A stretch of 63,934 bases of DNA, filler included, from Nemertoderma westbladi (GCA_032718475.1; 4 parts of 4 records of this genome joined end to end with filler, not necessarily neighbours in it); one strand, 5' to 3'. Positions 1-13,844 are shown, numbered from the whole stretch's first letter. Notes: generated from the sequence alone by a model not told the origin. Numbers and translations are program-made.

Positions 1-89
1 CCCCACCCCCACCCCCTACTATCTCGAAATAACATTTATAGAACTAGTGAGACAACAAAACATTACATATAATTTTTACGTAGTTGCAT

Positions 90-480
90 CATTCAAAAAA
101 ATACCTCTGAGAATATGATGCCTTAGGAAAATTAAAGGTCAAGTACCTCTGAAACGAAACTAAACCTCTATAAATCACTTGTACTGTCATATCATCAATG
201 TTGTTGCTATCTCCTGCTATCATTGCATAAAAATCTATTATACAAACTCGAAAAAATAAACAAAACCACGGACTCAGAGCTGTGTAGGGCTACTATAGAT
301 TCAAGGACAGAATTACGTACAAGAACGCAAGAGCGGGAATTCCTATCCCAGCTACCCATCTACTAACATAATTGCTGGATAATTTCCGTTCGTCAGCTGG
401 TAATGACGGCGCGAGACATGGCTGTGAGTGGCGTTTACTTTGTCTTTTCTCACTTTCCAGCAAAGTGTGTTTCAACATGA
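90..480. repeat. Dispersed repeat, homologous to 47990-48250 (internal part of a piggyBac-like non-autonomous element)
   Basis: Shared diverged blocks with ~48030-48250: ttagga.aattaaaggtcaa, ctataaatc.cttg.actg.catatca, aaactcgaaaaa, caagagcgggaattcctatcc. Confidence 0.65.
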
Positions 481-3400
481 TTTCGTGACTCCAAGAAATA
501 ATGTTTGCGCATAGAAGTGTATAAGTATATTGTTGCGGATTTTATCAAATGTTTACCAATAGGAGAATGACACTTGTCATACTATCACACTAACCAAACC
601 AAACTGTATAATTAATGTAATGTAATTTTCACATGTGTAAATTATGTTTATGTGATGGTTGGGTGTTTTGATTTACTTATAACTTAACATAATAAAAAGA
701 TTGAATAATAATAATAGGTTTCAACACAACGTCGCATGGCAGATGCGATTAAAATGTAGATACGTTGAGTTTTTGAAAAAATACTAGTGATTCTCATTAA
801 TATAATTAGATCATACACGACAAAATTTGTCATTAAATTGGTATAATTTTGAATGACTGTTTTAGCAAAATGCCAAGTTTACAGGCGAGTTAACGACGCC
901 AAATTAAAAATACCGATTATGTGTTGAGTAGGTTTAAAACAACTAAGAAAAATTAAGGGAAAGGAACATGTTACAGCGGCAGTGTTTTCTAACCAAAACA
1001 ATAAACGAAACTTTAGTTCATATGAGAACAATTTGCACTGGACATCACTTTTCCAATTACGGTTAAAGTGCGCCACGGCATTTGTGCATTATCTGCTAGG
1101 CCTAATTAATATAATTTAATATATTTAAATTTAAGTCACTTTTAGTAGAAATTTAAAGTAGACTTGGCTCCAAATACGTCGATTAAAGTGGCTAGTTTGG
1201 TGTTAATTTTTCAAATTTTCTCTAATTTTATAATTTGTATTAATGAGTTAATGTGAGACAACTAGTAATATATACTAAGCACATCATTATCATGTAGTCT
1301 ACCTTCGTATGTAACAAAAATTATGTAGGCCCAACATTAAATTTAAAAAATAACTGCGATAAATTGAACAAATATAAATTAAAATCAATACTTACACTGT
1401 TAAAAATTTTTAATCTTACCAAAATATCAATTAAAATACTACAAATAACTGTAACTTAGAATTTAAATTGAATTTTATTCCAATTATACTTCTGCCGTTG
1501 CTTTTATTTATAATATACCAATACCAGAGTAGTGCCTAGTGGGGTACCTATTAAAGGTATGTAGGGATGGATATCTGTGGCGATCAATTCCAATACACAC
1601 AGATGGAGACGGGTACAATGACCGCTTTTATTTAAATTAAGGTTTCAATTCCATTTACTGGGTGCAATCGGATAGAGATAGGTTAGGAGTGGCCAACCAA
1701 CGGCGTAACAAATACTTGGAATTTATTGGCTTTAGAAACTTTTTGGGTCCCAGAAATATATGTTAGTAACTCATCCCATCCATCCACATTTTTTAGGAAA
1801 ATTCTGAGCCAAAGGGATCTTCAATTATTTATATAAATTAATCGAAATTACAGTACGGTGTATAATTAAGTAAATACATTAAGGAAAAAAGAAGTTAAAC
1901 ACCTGCATAACATCTCTCACGTAAGTTGTCATAATAACAATTTCTTAGTGGCACATCATTTATATATAATATCAGCGGGAATAGCTTAGGTAGATTTCAG
2001 CCAATCACAGATTGGCTGTTTAAATAATAATGATGATGGACCATTTGGTTAAAAAAAAACAGGGAAAGAGAACTGGGCAGCATCTCCCCTGATCCCGCAC
2101 ACCACATTAAGATGCTGGAAGATAAGTATTACAGAATATCAGGTTTTCACTTTTAGGTCCAAATTTTAACTGATTTATTGTATTTTGGTTTTGCTTTGTA
2201 ACGTGGGTTTTCAATGAAAATCTGGTATTCTTCATGATGGGGTAAATTGTAAAGTGAAATATAACAGCATAAAGTCTGGTATACTTTATATAGACAGAAG
2301 ACACCCCTTATTTCTATCTTATGACCTGCACAGATACTAATTTGTTCATTATTTTTTTTGGTTGGTTTCAGTCTTTCTGTATCCTGAGGTTTTAGTGAAA
2401 ACCTTGTATTTTACACATGGCACGGGGGTGAACATAAAAGTGAAATTTAACAGCTGGTGCATGCGTCGCAAATAGTTGAAACTTACTGAAATTTCCCTTA
2501 CAAACGTGAACAAAGCGAGCCAATATATAATTATTTACAATTCCTTTGGAATGGCGTTTTCCTCTAGTTACATGCTATGATTTTGGGCACCTAGTGCCCG
2601 GATTGTTGTAACCCCCCCCCCCCCCCGCCCCCAAATTGAGTATGTCAGTCTTTTCAGTCATCTTTCGGCAACAGAATGCGTCTAAATGACTTCAGTAACC
2701 ACAGATGACATGTTTGTGATGTCTGCCACTATTGATGCCTATCACAATATCACTTTTTTCAGATCACCTATGCGGATTTAGCGTAGACATTCCAGCCGTG
2801 AGGTACGATTCCGGGCCCAATATCAGTCCGAGTCCAGTTTTCGTTAAGTTTTTAAATGTAAGGCTTCAACCCAACCCGCTGTAAAGAAACCTTCGATATT
2901 TCATGTTTGACATTCTCTAATAACTTTATTAATTTTTGCTACCTGCTGTATGATATTCCAATTTCATTATGATTAGTTTCGACTGATGGGACAGATGCGG
3001 CTGTGACGTGACTCGTCACGTAAAAGGTCGGCATTAGCTCATCCGAACGGGAAGGGATCATAAAGCAGAGCCCTTAGAGTCGAACCAACCAACCAACTTA
3101 TTACAAATTAATGATATTAAACAACACAACGCTTCGCTCGCGTTTCCTTTACTTTTTATCCAATTAAATTCATTCCATTAAATTAATGTTAATTCAATTA
3201 AGGGGGGGGGGGGGGGGGGGTGCACCCCCAAATGGAACCTCACATTTTGGTGTCTCTGGACCCTAATATTGGGTGAAAAATATTTTTTGTGCTACTAAAC
3301 ATCGCCTGAGCTGTTTAAGAACGGCCAAACCAAGTATTTTTAAAATTGGCCCCAAAATGGCTCTGTATTGGCCAAAAGTGTCTTTTTGCGCCAAAGGCTA

Positions 3401-4289
3401 AATATTTCTCCACCAATATTGGTTGAAATTTGTCGAAATTTAGAATATAAGTTTAGAACACCCTTGCATCCAATTCTTCTGAATAAAATTTGCCTGAAAT
3501 GCTCTGGAGCCGTTTTAGAACAAAAAGGCCCTAAAAAGGGCTATTTTTTGGCCATTTTGATCTAAAAATGCTCCAGAGCATTTGAGTCAAAATAGCGCTT
3601 TTCAGAAAAAATTCAATTCTGAGTTATAGGTGTTTAAAGTTTCAGGAACAATTCAAACCTTCCCGCTAGTTTAGATAACACCATTTTTTTCTTTGTTCAA
3701 CAGTAATTCTGTCAAAATTTAATGAAATTGAACGAAATTTTTTATCCTTGCTAAAAATATAACCAATTAAACAAATTTTTATCAATTTTATTCATATGTG
3801 CACCGTGAGAGCCTATTTTATGAAAGGGGCCATATTCAATTGTTAAATATCGTCCTAAGTCTTGTCAAAAAGCAGTAGCTGTGAAGGGGGAGTCCCACCC
3901 AACGCGGACGCGTCAAACGGGCGCGTCAAGCGTCAATAGCAAGAAGAGGGGAGAGCGGGATTTTTAAATATTAATTTTTATACTATAATAACAATCCTGT
4001 ATAGGCAGGCGGGTGAGTATTTTGTTTTTGTATCTTGTATCTATGCATATTATGTATGTAGGTCTATCCATCTGCCATAAATCAGCAGTTACTCGCACAG
4101 TTTCAAGACTTCGCATATAGTTATAAAGGTCGTCAGTCTGCGTTTAATAAAATAATATAATAAGTAATGAAGACGAGTTCTGCTTTGGCTATGTATTCCT
4201 ATCAACCACCTTCGCTTCGCATATTGAACGAATCCCTAGTTATTATTATAAAGATCCTAAAGATCCTCTAAGGACGACTTGCTTGAACA

Positions 4290-6710
4290 CATGGATGACT
4301 TCTGCTACTTGGGATCATGGGTCAGAAAGTCAAGTGAAGACCTTCGAATACGTAAGGGGAAGGCATGGGTAGCGTTAATTAGTCTGTCTAGTATTTGGAA
4401 GTCCCATAGAATAAAACGGAACCATAAAGTTCGATAATTAATGGCAGTAGTAGTACCAGTTATATAGGAGTCCATGATGGGCTCTAACTGCTTATGATAC
4501 CAAATCTCTGGATGGCATTTATACAAGAATGCTGCGCCGGGTTAATTGTGTAAAGTACAATTAACACATCTCCAATCAGATTCTATACAACATTGGATTA
4601 TTTCCATTAGTCTCCCCTATTTTGACACTTGAACGGAACCGCCTCCGCTTTGCAGGACATTGCTTTCGCCGTGAGGACCAGCCAGTGCATAATCTTGTGG
4701 TTTGGCGGCCTCATGGAGTGAGTAATCGATTTTTCGCGCCTCCGTAGGCAAAATTCCTCGGGACTCTTTAATAACGAAATAATTACAATATAATTATTCC
4801 CCCTTTCCTTATTCAGTCGTAATATTTATCTCCAAATATTCGACGCAATATTCATCCCGAAAATATTCACCAAATATTCTTCTCAGAATATTATCCCATA
4901 TCTCACATTACGACTTATTGCCCCAACCCAGACATCCTTAGTCGTGGCGGGCGTGTCAAGCCTTGCCTGATCCGCCCAATACACTCCATCCAGGGTTCAT
5001 TGTTATCCAATACATCCCTTCCCTTACACCGGCCCTCAGTACACAGCCTATGGCCGCCAACCAATAGCAGTTAGGAAGTGATTGACAAGTCACCTTCAAA
5101 ACTCCATCCAGGCACCAATATTAATTGGTCTATATTAGTGAGTAATTATATCTAATATTGTTCGAACGTGCACCAATATTAATTGGTCTATTATATTGGG
5201 TAATTATATTTAACATTTTTTGAACGTAAAGTCTCCGCCCAGAAAGTCCACCCGCGCGCAGGTGATAATTAGGGGTCAACTCCAAATTGACCCCACAGCA
5301 GGCAATAAATAGGGGCGCATTGGGACTAAAACTTCAAGAGTTTTCACTCTGCCTCAGGCATAACTCAGGAGCCCTGCTCCTCAGTACAGCAGAGGTCCCT
5401 GGCCTAGAAGTCAGCTCTGTTCCGAGTTGGGGCCGTCTTTGTTGCTGGATCGCGCCTGCGAAAGGCTTTGCGGTCGCCAGTAACTTAAGACGATTCCGCC
5501 GTCGGACGGCTGTACTATCTTAGCCTAAAAGCCAGCTCTGGTCCAAAGTTAGGGCCCTCTTTGTTGCTGGATCGGGCCTGCGAAAGGCTCTGCGGTCGCC
5601 AGTAACATAAGAATGTTCCGTCGTTGGTCTGAGCACATTGGCTAGACAAGCCTGGAGCGCTTGTGTGCTCGCTATTGCCTACCAGGCAAAAGTGGCAGCG
5701 TCTCCACCCACCGGCTTGGCTCTCCTGCCCACGGTAGTGCTGGAGCACTGTCCGCAGGCTATATGTTTGTTTATTTGTAGTTTGCCAAAATAAACCTCTA
5801 TGGTCTGAGAACAAATTGCAGCTAATCTTTTAAGTCCAATCGGTACCACTCCTGTTTGGACTCAGACGGTAACCTGGTGTTCTGCACTATTATCGCCAAG
5901 TTCCAATAGCGTGAAGCTGCACCAAGATTATTACGACTTTTATCCAAACTTTTCAGTCGTTTATCCATAGACGTTCCATTGTTTTTTAATACCTATTTTC
6001 ACAGCTTTTAGACTCAACCCGCGACCTTTGTCTATAGATTGATTCTTTATTGTTAGATTTTTTTCCCTTTATTTGTATATCTTTTCCGGCGTATTTTTAG
6101 CAAAACAAAACGGCTAAAAATACGGTATATTTTCTCTGCTTTTCGGATTATTTCGAGGCTATACTTTGGATCCTAACGGACCCAAAGCACCCCTCACCCG
6201 GTTTCTATCTTTTTCCTCATCCCAGAGGTTTTTTCTACAGTGTTACAGTAAGCTATTTCATTTATTTAGAAGGAAGCAATACACAGTATTATTGGGGAAG
6301 AACAGAAAATCACTGTGTTTTCGTACTATATTGGAGAGTTGTGGATGTCCGTAAATAAAAAGTCATTGAAGGACCGTGTTCAAGTGGAAATATTTTATGT
6401 TAGCCAGAAAACCAAAACACTAAGCGAAAGAACCTTTTTGAGATACAAAGCCGTTTTAGGAGCTTATTGTGCTAAGGTGCACGATAAATCCATTACAGAG
6501 TGAATAAGCATGGTGGACAGCCCATGACTTTCTTGAGACGCATCTTAAAGGACACTGGCCTTGAAGCTGCGGATGATCTAACAAATGTCATGGGTGATAT
6601 GGAGTTGTGGAGGCGCAAGTTTGTTGACAAGCCGGCACAGCATTCTTAATATATATGTAATAAATATAATGCAGCTGCAATGCAGCATGCCGATCGTAGT
6701 AGTAGTATAA
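4290..6710 (+). mobile_element. Degenerate 3' part of an RTE-clade LINE, split in two by a solo LTR (pieces ~4290-4720 and 6498-6710)
   Basis: Both pieces align in sequence to the RTE copy at ~46390-47010 (e.g. cgcctccgctttgcaggacattgctttcgccgtgaggaccagccagtgc; aataagcatggtggacagcccatgac). Ends in a (TAG)n tail. Confidence 0.85.
4721..6497. mobile_element. Solo LTR (~1.78 kb) of an LTR retrotransposon
   Basis: 5-bp TSD GAGTG (4716-4720, 6498-6502). Imperfect terminal inverted repeats AGTAATCGATTTTTCGCG...CACGATAAATCCATTACA. Internal direct repeats (5113-5228; ~5412-5620) and a TATA-like ATAAATAGGGG near 5305. No recognisable coding sequence. Confidence 0.75.
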
Positions 6711-7009
6711 TGATAGAGAACACTAATGATAGACAGATATTGACATACTAACTACCTGGCATTGGAAAATGATTGTGTGCCGCTAGATGGCTCTATACCT
6801 TTATATCATGGTCTAAGAAACTACATTTTCAATTATTAAACGACACATTTTCGGGCGTTGAGCAAAGCGGCGCAATGAATGAAGTGCAGAATGAGGATAT
6901 GAAAGTGAATGAAGTGGACGGAGTGCAGGAAATGAGGCTATACCCAGAAAAATTTACTGTAATATCAACTCAGCCCAGAATTCCAGCGCACACACATTCT
7001 ATGACTAAC

Positions 7010-8330
7010 AACAAGACTGTGGAGTGGAATGCTTTCTTGAAATCCACCAAGGTCAGAATTGCTGAAAGGCACTACTTTAATTTAATTCCTTCAACCAATC
7101 TCCGTAGTGCAAGTATCTGAGCTATTGTTGATCTATTTGGTCAAAATCCGTTTTGTCTCTTACGCAGCAGTTTCTCTATGTGGGGTCTAATTCTATATAG
7201 AATCATTTTATTGTATATTTTGGCAGCTACCACAATCAGACGGTGTATTTCCCAGTATATTAACATTAAAAAAAACACATAACAGCACATTAAACCAAAA
7301 AACTATAGCAAACCCGCCATCAGCTGTTTCCACAGTGTATCCTAGCAACATTTAAAATAATATAGAAATAAACACAAATAAAAGTATTCCAGTAGGCCTA
7401 CCAGTACAGCCATGGCTCCAATGCTGTTCTAAATTCTGCTTGGCAGCCCAGCACCGTCCTCAAACCCCTGCCCACTTCTCCACTTCACCCGCGAGCCCCG
7501 TAGACAATGGGAGGCCCCGCGAATTATCGCGAACTGGACGCGAGTTCGGAGACAGACAGATCCCACGGTAGTTTGTTGGTATACCGAGGTCTCCTTTCTT
7601 GGGGGGAGGCTTTAGTTGGTCTTTAGTCCAAATCGGGTTTTTCCCCTTTCAACATCCGGTCTGCTCACATCTACAGGGTTTGTCAATAATGGTCTGTTCA
7701 CATCTGCAGGGATTTCATCTAATCCCCTCGCTTTATGATTGGACATTATTTTTCTGGAGTAAATTCCCTTGTTTCTATAAGTAGCGTCTTGTCATATTTT
7801 TTCTAGCAAGTTCCTGAATTGATCTTTCCATTTCCCAACACATTGTTGAGGACTATCAGCTTTTAGGCGCCCCTTGCCTTAGAACAACTTTTCCGACCAG
7901 ATACCTCATTTACAGTTTGCCAGGTAAGTCTTGATTGTAGCTGTATGTGAGCAGTTGTAATTTCTTCAATCTTGTCCTGTATGTACTTCTCCTTGCTGAT
8001 GTTGTAGGCCAATTTAAGATCTTCCTTAGCTTTCTCAACCTTGTTGATCTCAACCTTGGATCTTCTCTCTTACAAGTAACCTCAGAGTCTTGCATGGCAC
8101 ATATTGTTTACGTTTGGGTTTCTGGGGAATATGCCTCTTGGCTGATTCCTTGTGGGCTTTTATCATATTTTGACATCGGTAGAGTGGTCTTCGTCCATTA
8201 ACTGGAGTATCTCAAAGTGGTTTTGAACTTCTTCTATGTAAGCATCAACAATATAGCTATTCATTGCCACCAATGCTTACTTCTAGTATTCCAAAGCTCT
8301 TAGGATGTTTATTCGTGGTGTTTTTAAACT
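7010..8330 (-). mobile_element. Old, disrupted RTE-type LINE ORF2 fragments
   Basis: Minus-strand translation gives AAKIYNKMILYRIRPHIEKLLRKRQNGF...QILALRRLVEG...VDFKKAF (7010-7240) and QSRLTWQTVNEVSGRK (~7900), resembling the 44941 RTE ORF. Contains stops and an intervening insertion at ~7240-7740. Confidence 0.75.
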
Positions 8331-9779
8331 AAAAAATGTGACGAGGTTGTACTCACAGCATATACATTGTGCGCGTAATTAATTCTATGGAAATTATATC
8401 AAACTCCACTGAAAACTTTTTACTTAATATAAGAATTCCAACGTACAAAAGATATTTTCACCACCGGAAATTAGAATCTCAGAAATTGTTGGTTCTTCGT
8501 TCTGGCCAGAATTACTAAACACGGAATCACACGTCTCTATATCACAGAGCTTGCAAGGTTGCTCTTCACAATGAGTTGGGTAACCAATCAAGATTTAATT
8601 ATCACTTCCCTGGTATCATCAACCTAATTTGTAATGTAATTTGGGTTGAATAAATTTTCACAAAACCGCCTTGATTAATTTTACACCGCCTAGCGCCGCC
8701 AAACTTATGAATAGTAAGGACTGAGTGTCTTATGATACGATGTAAGTATAGTACACTGACATGAACACAATATGTATGTAGTTATTATACAATACGACAA
8801 AGGCATAACTTAGTAGCGGTAATGTTGTTATTTTACGATTACTTTATTAATATAGTTAAAAAGGAGTAAGATAACATTAAATTAAAAAAATATAATTTTC
8901 CTTGGCTTGTCAGGTCAGGTCCCCAGATCCTGCTACCACTATGGCAGTAATGTGGTACTACAGTCCCGCTCACCAACAGAGTGCCATCGGATCCGATCGG
9001 ATCCAACACACTCCGACAGCTTCAAACAAGCACATTGCTAACCTACAGAGATTTAATACTGTTTGATTCTGTTGGAGAAAATATTTCCAACAAGTTTAGT
9101 CTGTTGGAGCCCATCTGAATCTGTCTGAAATCCGTCTGAAATTGTTTGAAATTTCTGTTGGATGTTGTTGGAAGCTATCTGAAGTTGTCTGAAGTTGTCT
9201 GAATCTGTTTGAGGCCATCGGAATTTGCCAATGCCTTACAAAAGCGTAGTTCATTAACAAAATTTCAATTACTTTAACTCTCAATTTGAAGTGATTGTGA
9301 GGGTGTGCTATTGTCAATTATAATCCGAAAAAAGATTTGTTTCATTTAACAATTTTTATTTACATAATTATGTCGTTAATTATATCAATTAATTAACTAG
9401 CATACATAAACGAATAATAAATTCCTATATTATAAATTCCGATAAATGAATATATTAACACCAACACGTTTTTAATTCCTTAATTAGAAATGTAAATAAT
9501 GCTATAAATTATTTTCTTTGACGTAGGGCACTAAATACTGCACATAAACAGATTTAAACACAAACAGATTAAGCAAACAGTAAATATAATTACAATGAGT
9601 GAAAAAAATAATTTTGGTAAATTTTATTAGTTGTGTTGAAAGAGCATCGAAATAGAAAAGGTTTGTACGTAATACTTCTAGCCCAACTATTTTTTCGCGC
9701 ACCTACCCTATTTGAGTAAAATCCATTCACACACTCAAAAGTTATTGCAACTTTAGTCTCTGCAAGGCGTACTTCGTAC

Positions 9780-10485
9780 TTCATTGAGGGCTACAGCGCC
9801 TAGGGCACCAATGAAGGCAAAGGCTTGAGTACGCATCTGCAACAGAGATGATACACGCCCCGCTCTGTCTATACTGGATGCTCCTCTACCATTGTTAGGT
9901 AACCTAACCCAGGAGGCACACTTGGTTCAGTGTGTAACAAAAGGACCCCTACAGTCGGCAACAGGGCTGTAGGCCATGGATAGGCGGAAGGTAATCAACC
10001 AACGGCTAGACATGCTGAAAAGGTCGGCGGAAGGTAATCTACCAACGGCGACCTACTGCGAAGAAGCTTGTAGGAGTTGCGACCACAAGCGGTTTACTCT
10101 CGCAACTGAAAGATATGAGTATGAGAACCCTCCAGGAGAAATACCGGCGCAGTCGTCGCCTGGGTTAACAAGGACCGCGTCCCTCAGTGGTACACCAATC
10201 TGGGGTCGATAAATCGGCTACTGGAACAGAAGACAGAGAAGAAAGAAGAACCAACCTGTTGAAATGTAAAAAGAGACTAAAGATTGCCACAATGAATGCA
10301 TGCATACTGAAAGCACATAGCAAACAGGTAGCAGGTAGGTGGTTGGAAAGGTTGTGCTAAGGGGCGCCTCAAAGCTGATAGTCCTGAAGAACGTGTTGGG
10401 AAATGGAACGATCACTTCAGCAACTTGCTTGGGCAGCCACCAAACATCGAGGTCAGCCCTACAAGGAAAATATATGACAAGACAC
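9780..10485 (+). mobile_element. Probable 5' region of an RTE-type LINE; its endonuclease start resumes at ~13820
   Basis: GC-richer segment ending abruptly at the inferred Gypsy LTR start. Assignment is inferred from the APE N-terminal fragment found on the other side of the Gypsy element. Confidence 0.45.
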
Positions 10486-10776
10486 TGTGGGATCATCCAT
10501 TCAATTAGCTAATCAAATTTATACAGTAGATATTAATATTGCATGAACGACATTCAAACTTCCTCAGCTCAATGTACGTGCGTGCAATATGAGTATCAGC
10601 TGGTTGCACTATTCCATTGGTATTTCGTGCGTACTGTATATCATCTTGGGCAAGAGATTTTATATACATTAAATAACATTTAATCAATTATACGACTAAA
10701 TAAATCTTTTCGATTATTTGCGTTAATTGCACTTTTATTAAGCTACATATATTCCTGCTGTTGATACCGCTACAAA

Positions 10777-11634
10777 TTGGTGACCCGGACTACTACTGAA
10801 CACAACGAAACCGACGCAAGTAATATATTACAACCAGAACTTAGCAACATGTCCGACAATGAAGCTCCAACACCATCAGTTAACGCCGTAAGTATTAAAA
10901 TTCCACCCTTTTGGAGTGACGATCCTGAACTTTGGTTCCTTCAAGTGGAGGCACAATTTCGAGCAAGACAAGTCACAGTCCAACAAACGCGATTTGACCA
11001 CATCGTCGCTGCATTATCTCCTGATGTAGCGCGGTACATCAGAGATATTATTAAAAATCCACCGAAACCGAATCCATATGAAGGTTTGAAAACCGCATTA
11101 ATTGAAAGGTTCGCCCCAACACGCCACCAAGAGCTTCAAAAACTGCTTTCAGCAGAGCACCTTGGTGACAGAAAACCGTCGCAGATGCTACATGATATGG
11201 AAAAGCAACTAGGCGACACAAGCTCTGATGAACTATTACGTGAGCTCTTTCTCAATCGACTACCGAAAGATATGCGATTAGTATTATTGGCCTCGAAAAT
11301 GCCCCTTGGTGAACTTGCCTTAATAGCTGACGATATTATTGATGGGTGCACTGTGTCAAACCCCCATCAAGATTCAGTCTCCTCAACCGACTACGACATT
11401 GGCAGAAACGAACATGCGACCACAAATTTAAACGCCACGTTTAGTAGACCAACTTCATGGACAGGGCCACCTGGACAGAAACCAAGGATGTTCACAAGGA
11501 CCAATAATAACGCGCGTCAAACAGAATATTGTTGGTATCATCAGCGATTTGGGAAAAACGCCAAAAACTGCACACCTCCATGCGCTGCGGCACTCCCGAA
11601 TACACAGGGAAACGCGAGGGCCAGCAGCAAATAA
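10777..11634 (+). CDS. gag: Gag protein (CsRn1-type); likely true start at ATG ~10849 (MSDNEAP)
   Basis: [28 protein letters not shown]-terminus, [14 protein letters not shown] knuckle [18 protein letters not shown]. Confidence 0.9.
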   Translation: MVTRTTTEHNETDASNILQPELSNMSDNEAPTPSVNAVSIKIPPFWSDDPELWFLQVEAQFRARQVTVQQTRFDHIVAALSPDVARYIRDIIKNPPKPNPYEGLKTALIERFAPTRHQELQKLLSAEHLGDRKPSQMLHDMEKQLGDTSSDELLRELFLNRLPKDMRLVLLASKMPLGELALIADDIIDGCTVSNPHQDSVSSTDYDIGRNEHATTNLNATFSRPTSWTGPPGQKPRMFTRTNNNARQTEYCWYHQRFGKNAKNCTPPCAAALPNTQGNARASSK

Positions 11635-13844
11635 ATGCGGCAACGTCTGCTGGCCGATGCAGCCGCTTGTTCTACGTAATAGATAAGCGATCAGGGTACC
11701 GGTTTCTTGTAGACTCTGGTTCGGCCGTTAGTGTCCTACCTGCAAAATATGCCGATAAACTACTCACCAAAGAGGATACCTCTACACCACAACTTGTTGC
11801 TGCTAATGGAACAACCATTGATACATATGGCAACAAAACCCTAACACTCAATTTAGGGTTACCGCAACGATTTACTTGGAAATTTGTTATCGCCAATGTG
11901 TCACAACCAATATTGGGCGCAGATTTTTTTAGTAATTTCGGACTGCTCATCGATTTGAGACATTCTAGCCTCATAGATGCAAAGACTTACACCCACGTTC
12001 CCGGTAAAATATCGCATTCGATAAAGGCACCTGGGTTAAGCTTCATCTGCGATTCTAATGAATTCAATGAATTACTCTTAGAATTCCCTTCATTAACAGA
12101 AATGACATTTCGTGAATCAAAGCTAAGACATGACGTTGAACACCACATAGAGACTGTAGGAGCACCCATTCACAGCAAACCAAGACGCCTATCACCAGAG
12201 AAACTTTCAGTCGCCAAGGAAGAATTCCAACAGATGTGTAATCTAGGCATTATACGCCCTTCATCTAGTCAATGGTCATCACCGTTGCACATGACCCCCA
12301 AACAAAAACCTGGTGAATGGCGCCCATGCGGGGACTATAGACGTTTAAATGATGCCACAGTACCCGATAGATACCCAATTCCGCATATTCAAGACTTCAC
12401 GGCGAACCTAGCAGGTAAAACAATATTCAGTAAAATCGACCTAGTCCGTGCTTATCACCAAATACCTGTTGCGCAAGAAGACATACCAAAAACTGCCATA
12501 TCAACCCCATTTGGGTTATTTGAATTCATCCGCACTCCATATGGCCTCCGCAATGCAGGTCAAACATTTCAACGATTTATGCATAGAGTTTGCGGGGATT
12601 TAGATTTCATATTCGTTTATATGGACGATATACTTGTAGCTAGTTGCAACCGTCTAGAACATAAGCAGCACCTTCGAATTCTATTTCAGAGACTAGCAGA
12701 GTATGGATTGGTCATCAACAAGGATAAATGTGACTTGGGTAAGTCACATTTAACATTCCTAGGCCATAATATTAGTAAAGATGGAATAACACCGTTAGCA
12801 GAGCGCGTTCAAGCAGTGCAAGACTACCCAACACCCGCAACAACGAAGGAATTACAGAAGTTTTTAGGCATGGTAAATTATTACCACAGATTTATCCCCA
12901 ATGCATCTGAAGTGTTAAATCCCTTGTATATAGCTTTAAAGCAAAATTCCAAAAATTTCACCTGGAACCCATCATACAACAAAACATTTACGATTGTGAA
13001 AACAGCTTTAGCAAATGCAGCCATGCTCTACCACCCACAAGCTAATGCTGATACTGCAATTACGACCGATGCCTCTGACATTGGTGTTGGGGCTGTACTG
13101 GAACAATTAATAGATAAAGAATGGCGCCCGGTCGCATTCTTTTCAAAGAAATTACGTCCTGCCGAAACGCGTTACAGTGCGTATGACAAGGAATTACTTG
13201 CAATAGTGCTCAGCATTAAACACTTTAGGTACTTTGTCGAAGGGCGAAGGTTTAACATTTATACGGACCATAAACCCCTAACATTTGCATTAAAGTCAGG
13301 CCGTGATACATTACTACCTCGACAATCACGCCAATTGTCCTTCATATCAGAATTTACTTGCAAGATAACCCACATTTCAGGGAAAGACAATTTAGTCGCA
13401 GACTCATTATCCCGAGCTCCACTATCAACCAATACAATACAGTCATCAACTGTCGATTATACTCTATTGGCAGAGGCTCAAGAAATCGATCCCGAAATTC
13501 AAGCTTCTAGAACTGCTATAACAAATTTAGTTCTCTGGGATGCCCCTATAGAAAATTCCACACATACAGTATTATGCGACATATCGACTGGAGTTGCTAG
13601 ACCATTAGTGCCTCAAAGTTGGCGACGATCAATTTTTGAAACACTCCACAGCCTTAGCCATCCTGGTGTTAAGTCAACACGCAAATTAATAACATCACGG
13701 TTTGTATGGTATAAAATCAACCGTGATATTACCGCATGGACGCAAACTTGCCTACAATGTCAAAAATCAAAGATCCATCGACATACAAACTCAGGAATTT
13801 ATCGCTTCGACGCTCCAGATCAGAACAGATACCAAACAGGGTGA
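11529..13844 (+). CDS. pol: Pol polyprotein (protease, RT, RNase H, integrase Zn-binding region), expressed by -1 frameshift; truncated before the integrase core
   Basis: FLVDSGS protease, [11 protein letters not shown] and YMDD RT, TTDAS/YDKELLA RNase H, HSLSHPG...CLQC HHCC. Confidence 0.93.
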   Translation: MLVSSAIWEKRQKLHTSMRCGTPEYTGKREGQQQINAATSAGRCSRLFYVIDKRSGYRFLVDSGSAVSVLPAKYADKLLTKEDTSTPQLVAANGTTIDTYGNKTLTLNLGLPQRFTWKFVIANVSQPILGADFFSNFGLLIDLRHSSLIDAKTYTHVPGKISHSIKAPGLSFICDSNEFNELLLEFPSLTEMTFRESKLRHDVEHHIETVGAPIHSKPRRLSPEKLSVAKEEFQQMCNLGIIRPSSSQWSSPLHMTPKQKPGEWRPCGDYRRLNDATVPDRYPIPHIQDFTANLAGKTIFSKIDLVRAYHQIPVAQEDIPKTAISTPFGLFEFIRTPYGLRNAGQTFQRFMHRVCGDLDFIFVYMDDILVASCNRLEHKQHLRILFQRLAEYGLVINKDKCDLGKSHLTFLGHNISKDGITPLAERVQAVQDYPTPATTKELQKFLGMVNYYHRFIPNASEVLNPLYIALKQNSKNFTWNPSYNKTFTIVKTALANAAMLYHPQANADTAITTDASDIGVGAVLEQLIDKEWRPVAFFSKKLRPAETRYSAYDKELLAIVLSIKHFRYFVEGRRFNIYTDHKPLTFALKSGRDTLLPRQSRQLSFISEFTCKITHISGKDNLVADSLSRAPLSTNTIQSSTVDYTLLAEAQEIDPEIQASRTAITNLVLWDAPIENSTHTVLCDISTGVARPLVPQSWRRSIFETLHSLSHPGVKSTRKLITSRFVWYKINRDITAWTQTCLQCQKSKIHRHTNSGIYRFDAPDQNRYQTG
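11607..11666 (+). promoter_or_regulatory. -1 programmed ribosomal frameshift signal: slippery heptamer plus predicted H-type pseudoknot
   Basis: G GGA AAC (11607-11613) in gag frame, then a 5-nt spacer. Stem 1 GGCCAGCAG (11619-27) / CTGCTGGCC (11647-55). Stem 2 GCGGC (11637-41) / GCCGC (11662-66). Pol lies in the -1 frame. Confidence 0.85.

Larger units (their letters stand above)
10486..13819 (+). mobile_element. Ty3/Gypsy LTR retrotransposon, CsRn1 clade, 3'-truncated (5' LTR ~10486-10774, PBS, gag, pol)
   Basis: TGT...TACA-bounded putative LTR. PBS TGGTGACCCGGAC at 10778 (tRNA-Trp-like). Gag CHCC motif and PR-RT-RH-IN domain order. Integrase core and 3' LTR absent. The LTR start is inferred because there is no second LTR to compare. 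Confidence 0.88.

Noticed and set aside
1551-2110. Kolobok-like TTAA-bounded MITE
   Set aside because: Terminal similarity too weak to support.
1-9700. Downstream NCX exons (Calx-beta, alpha-2 repeat)
   Set aside because: None recognised; the gap at 17670 may join non-adjacent sequence.
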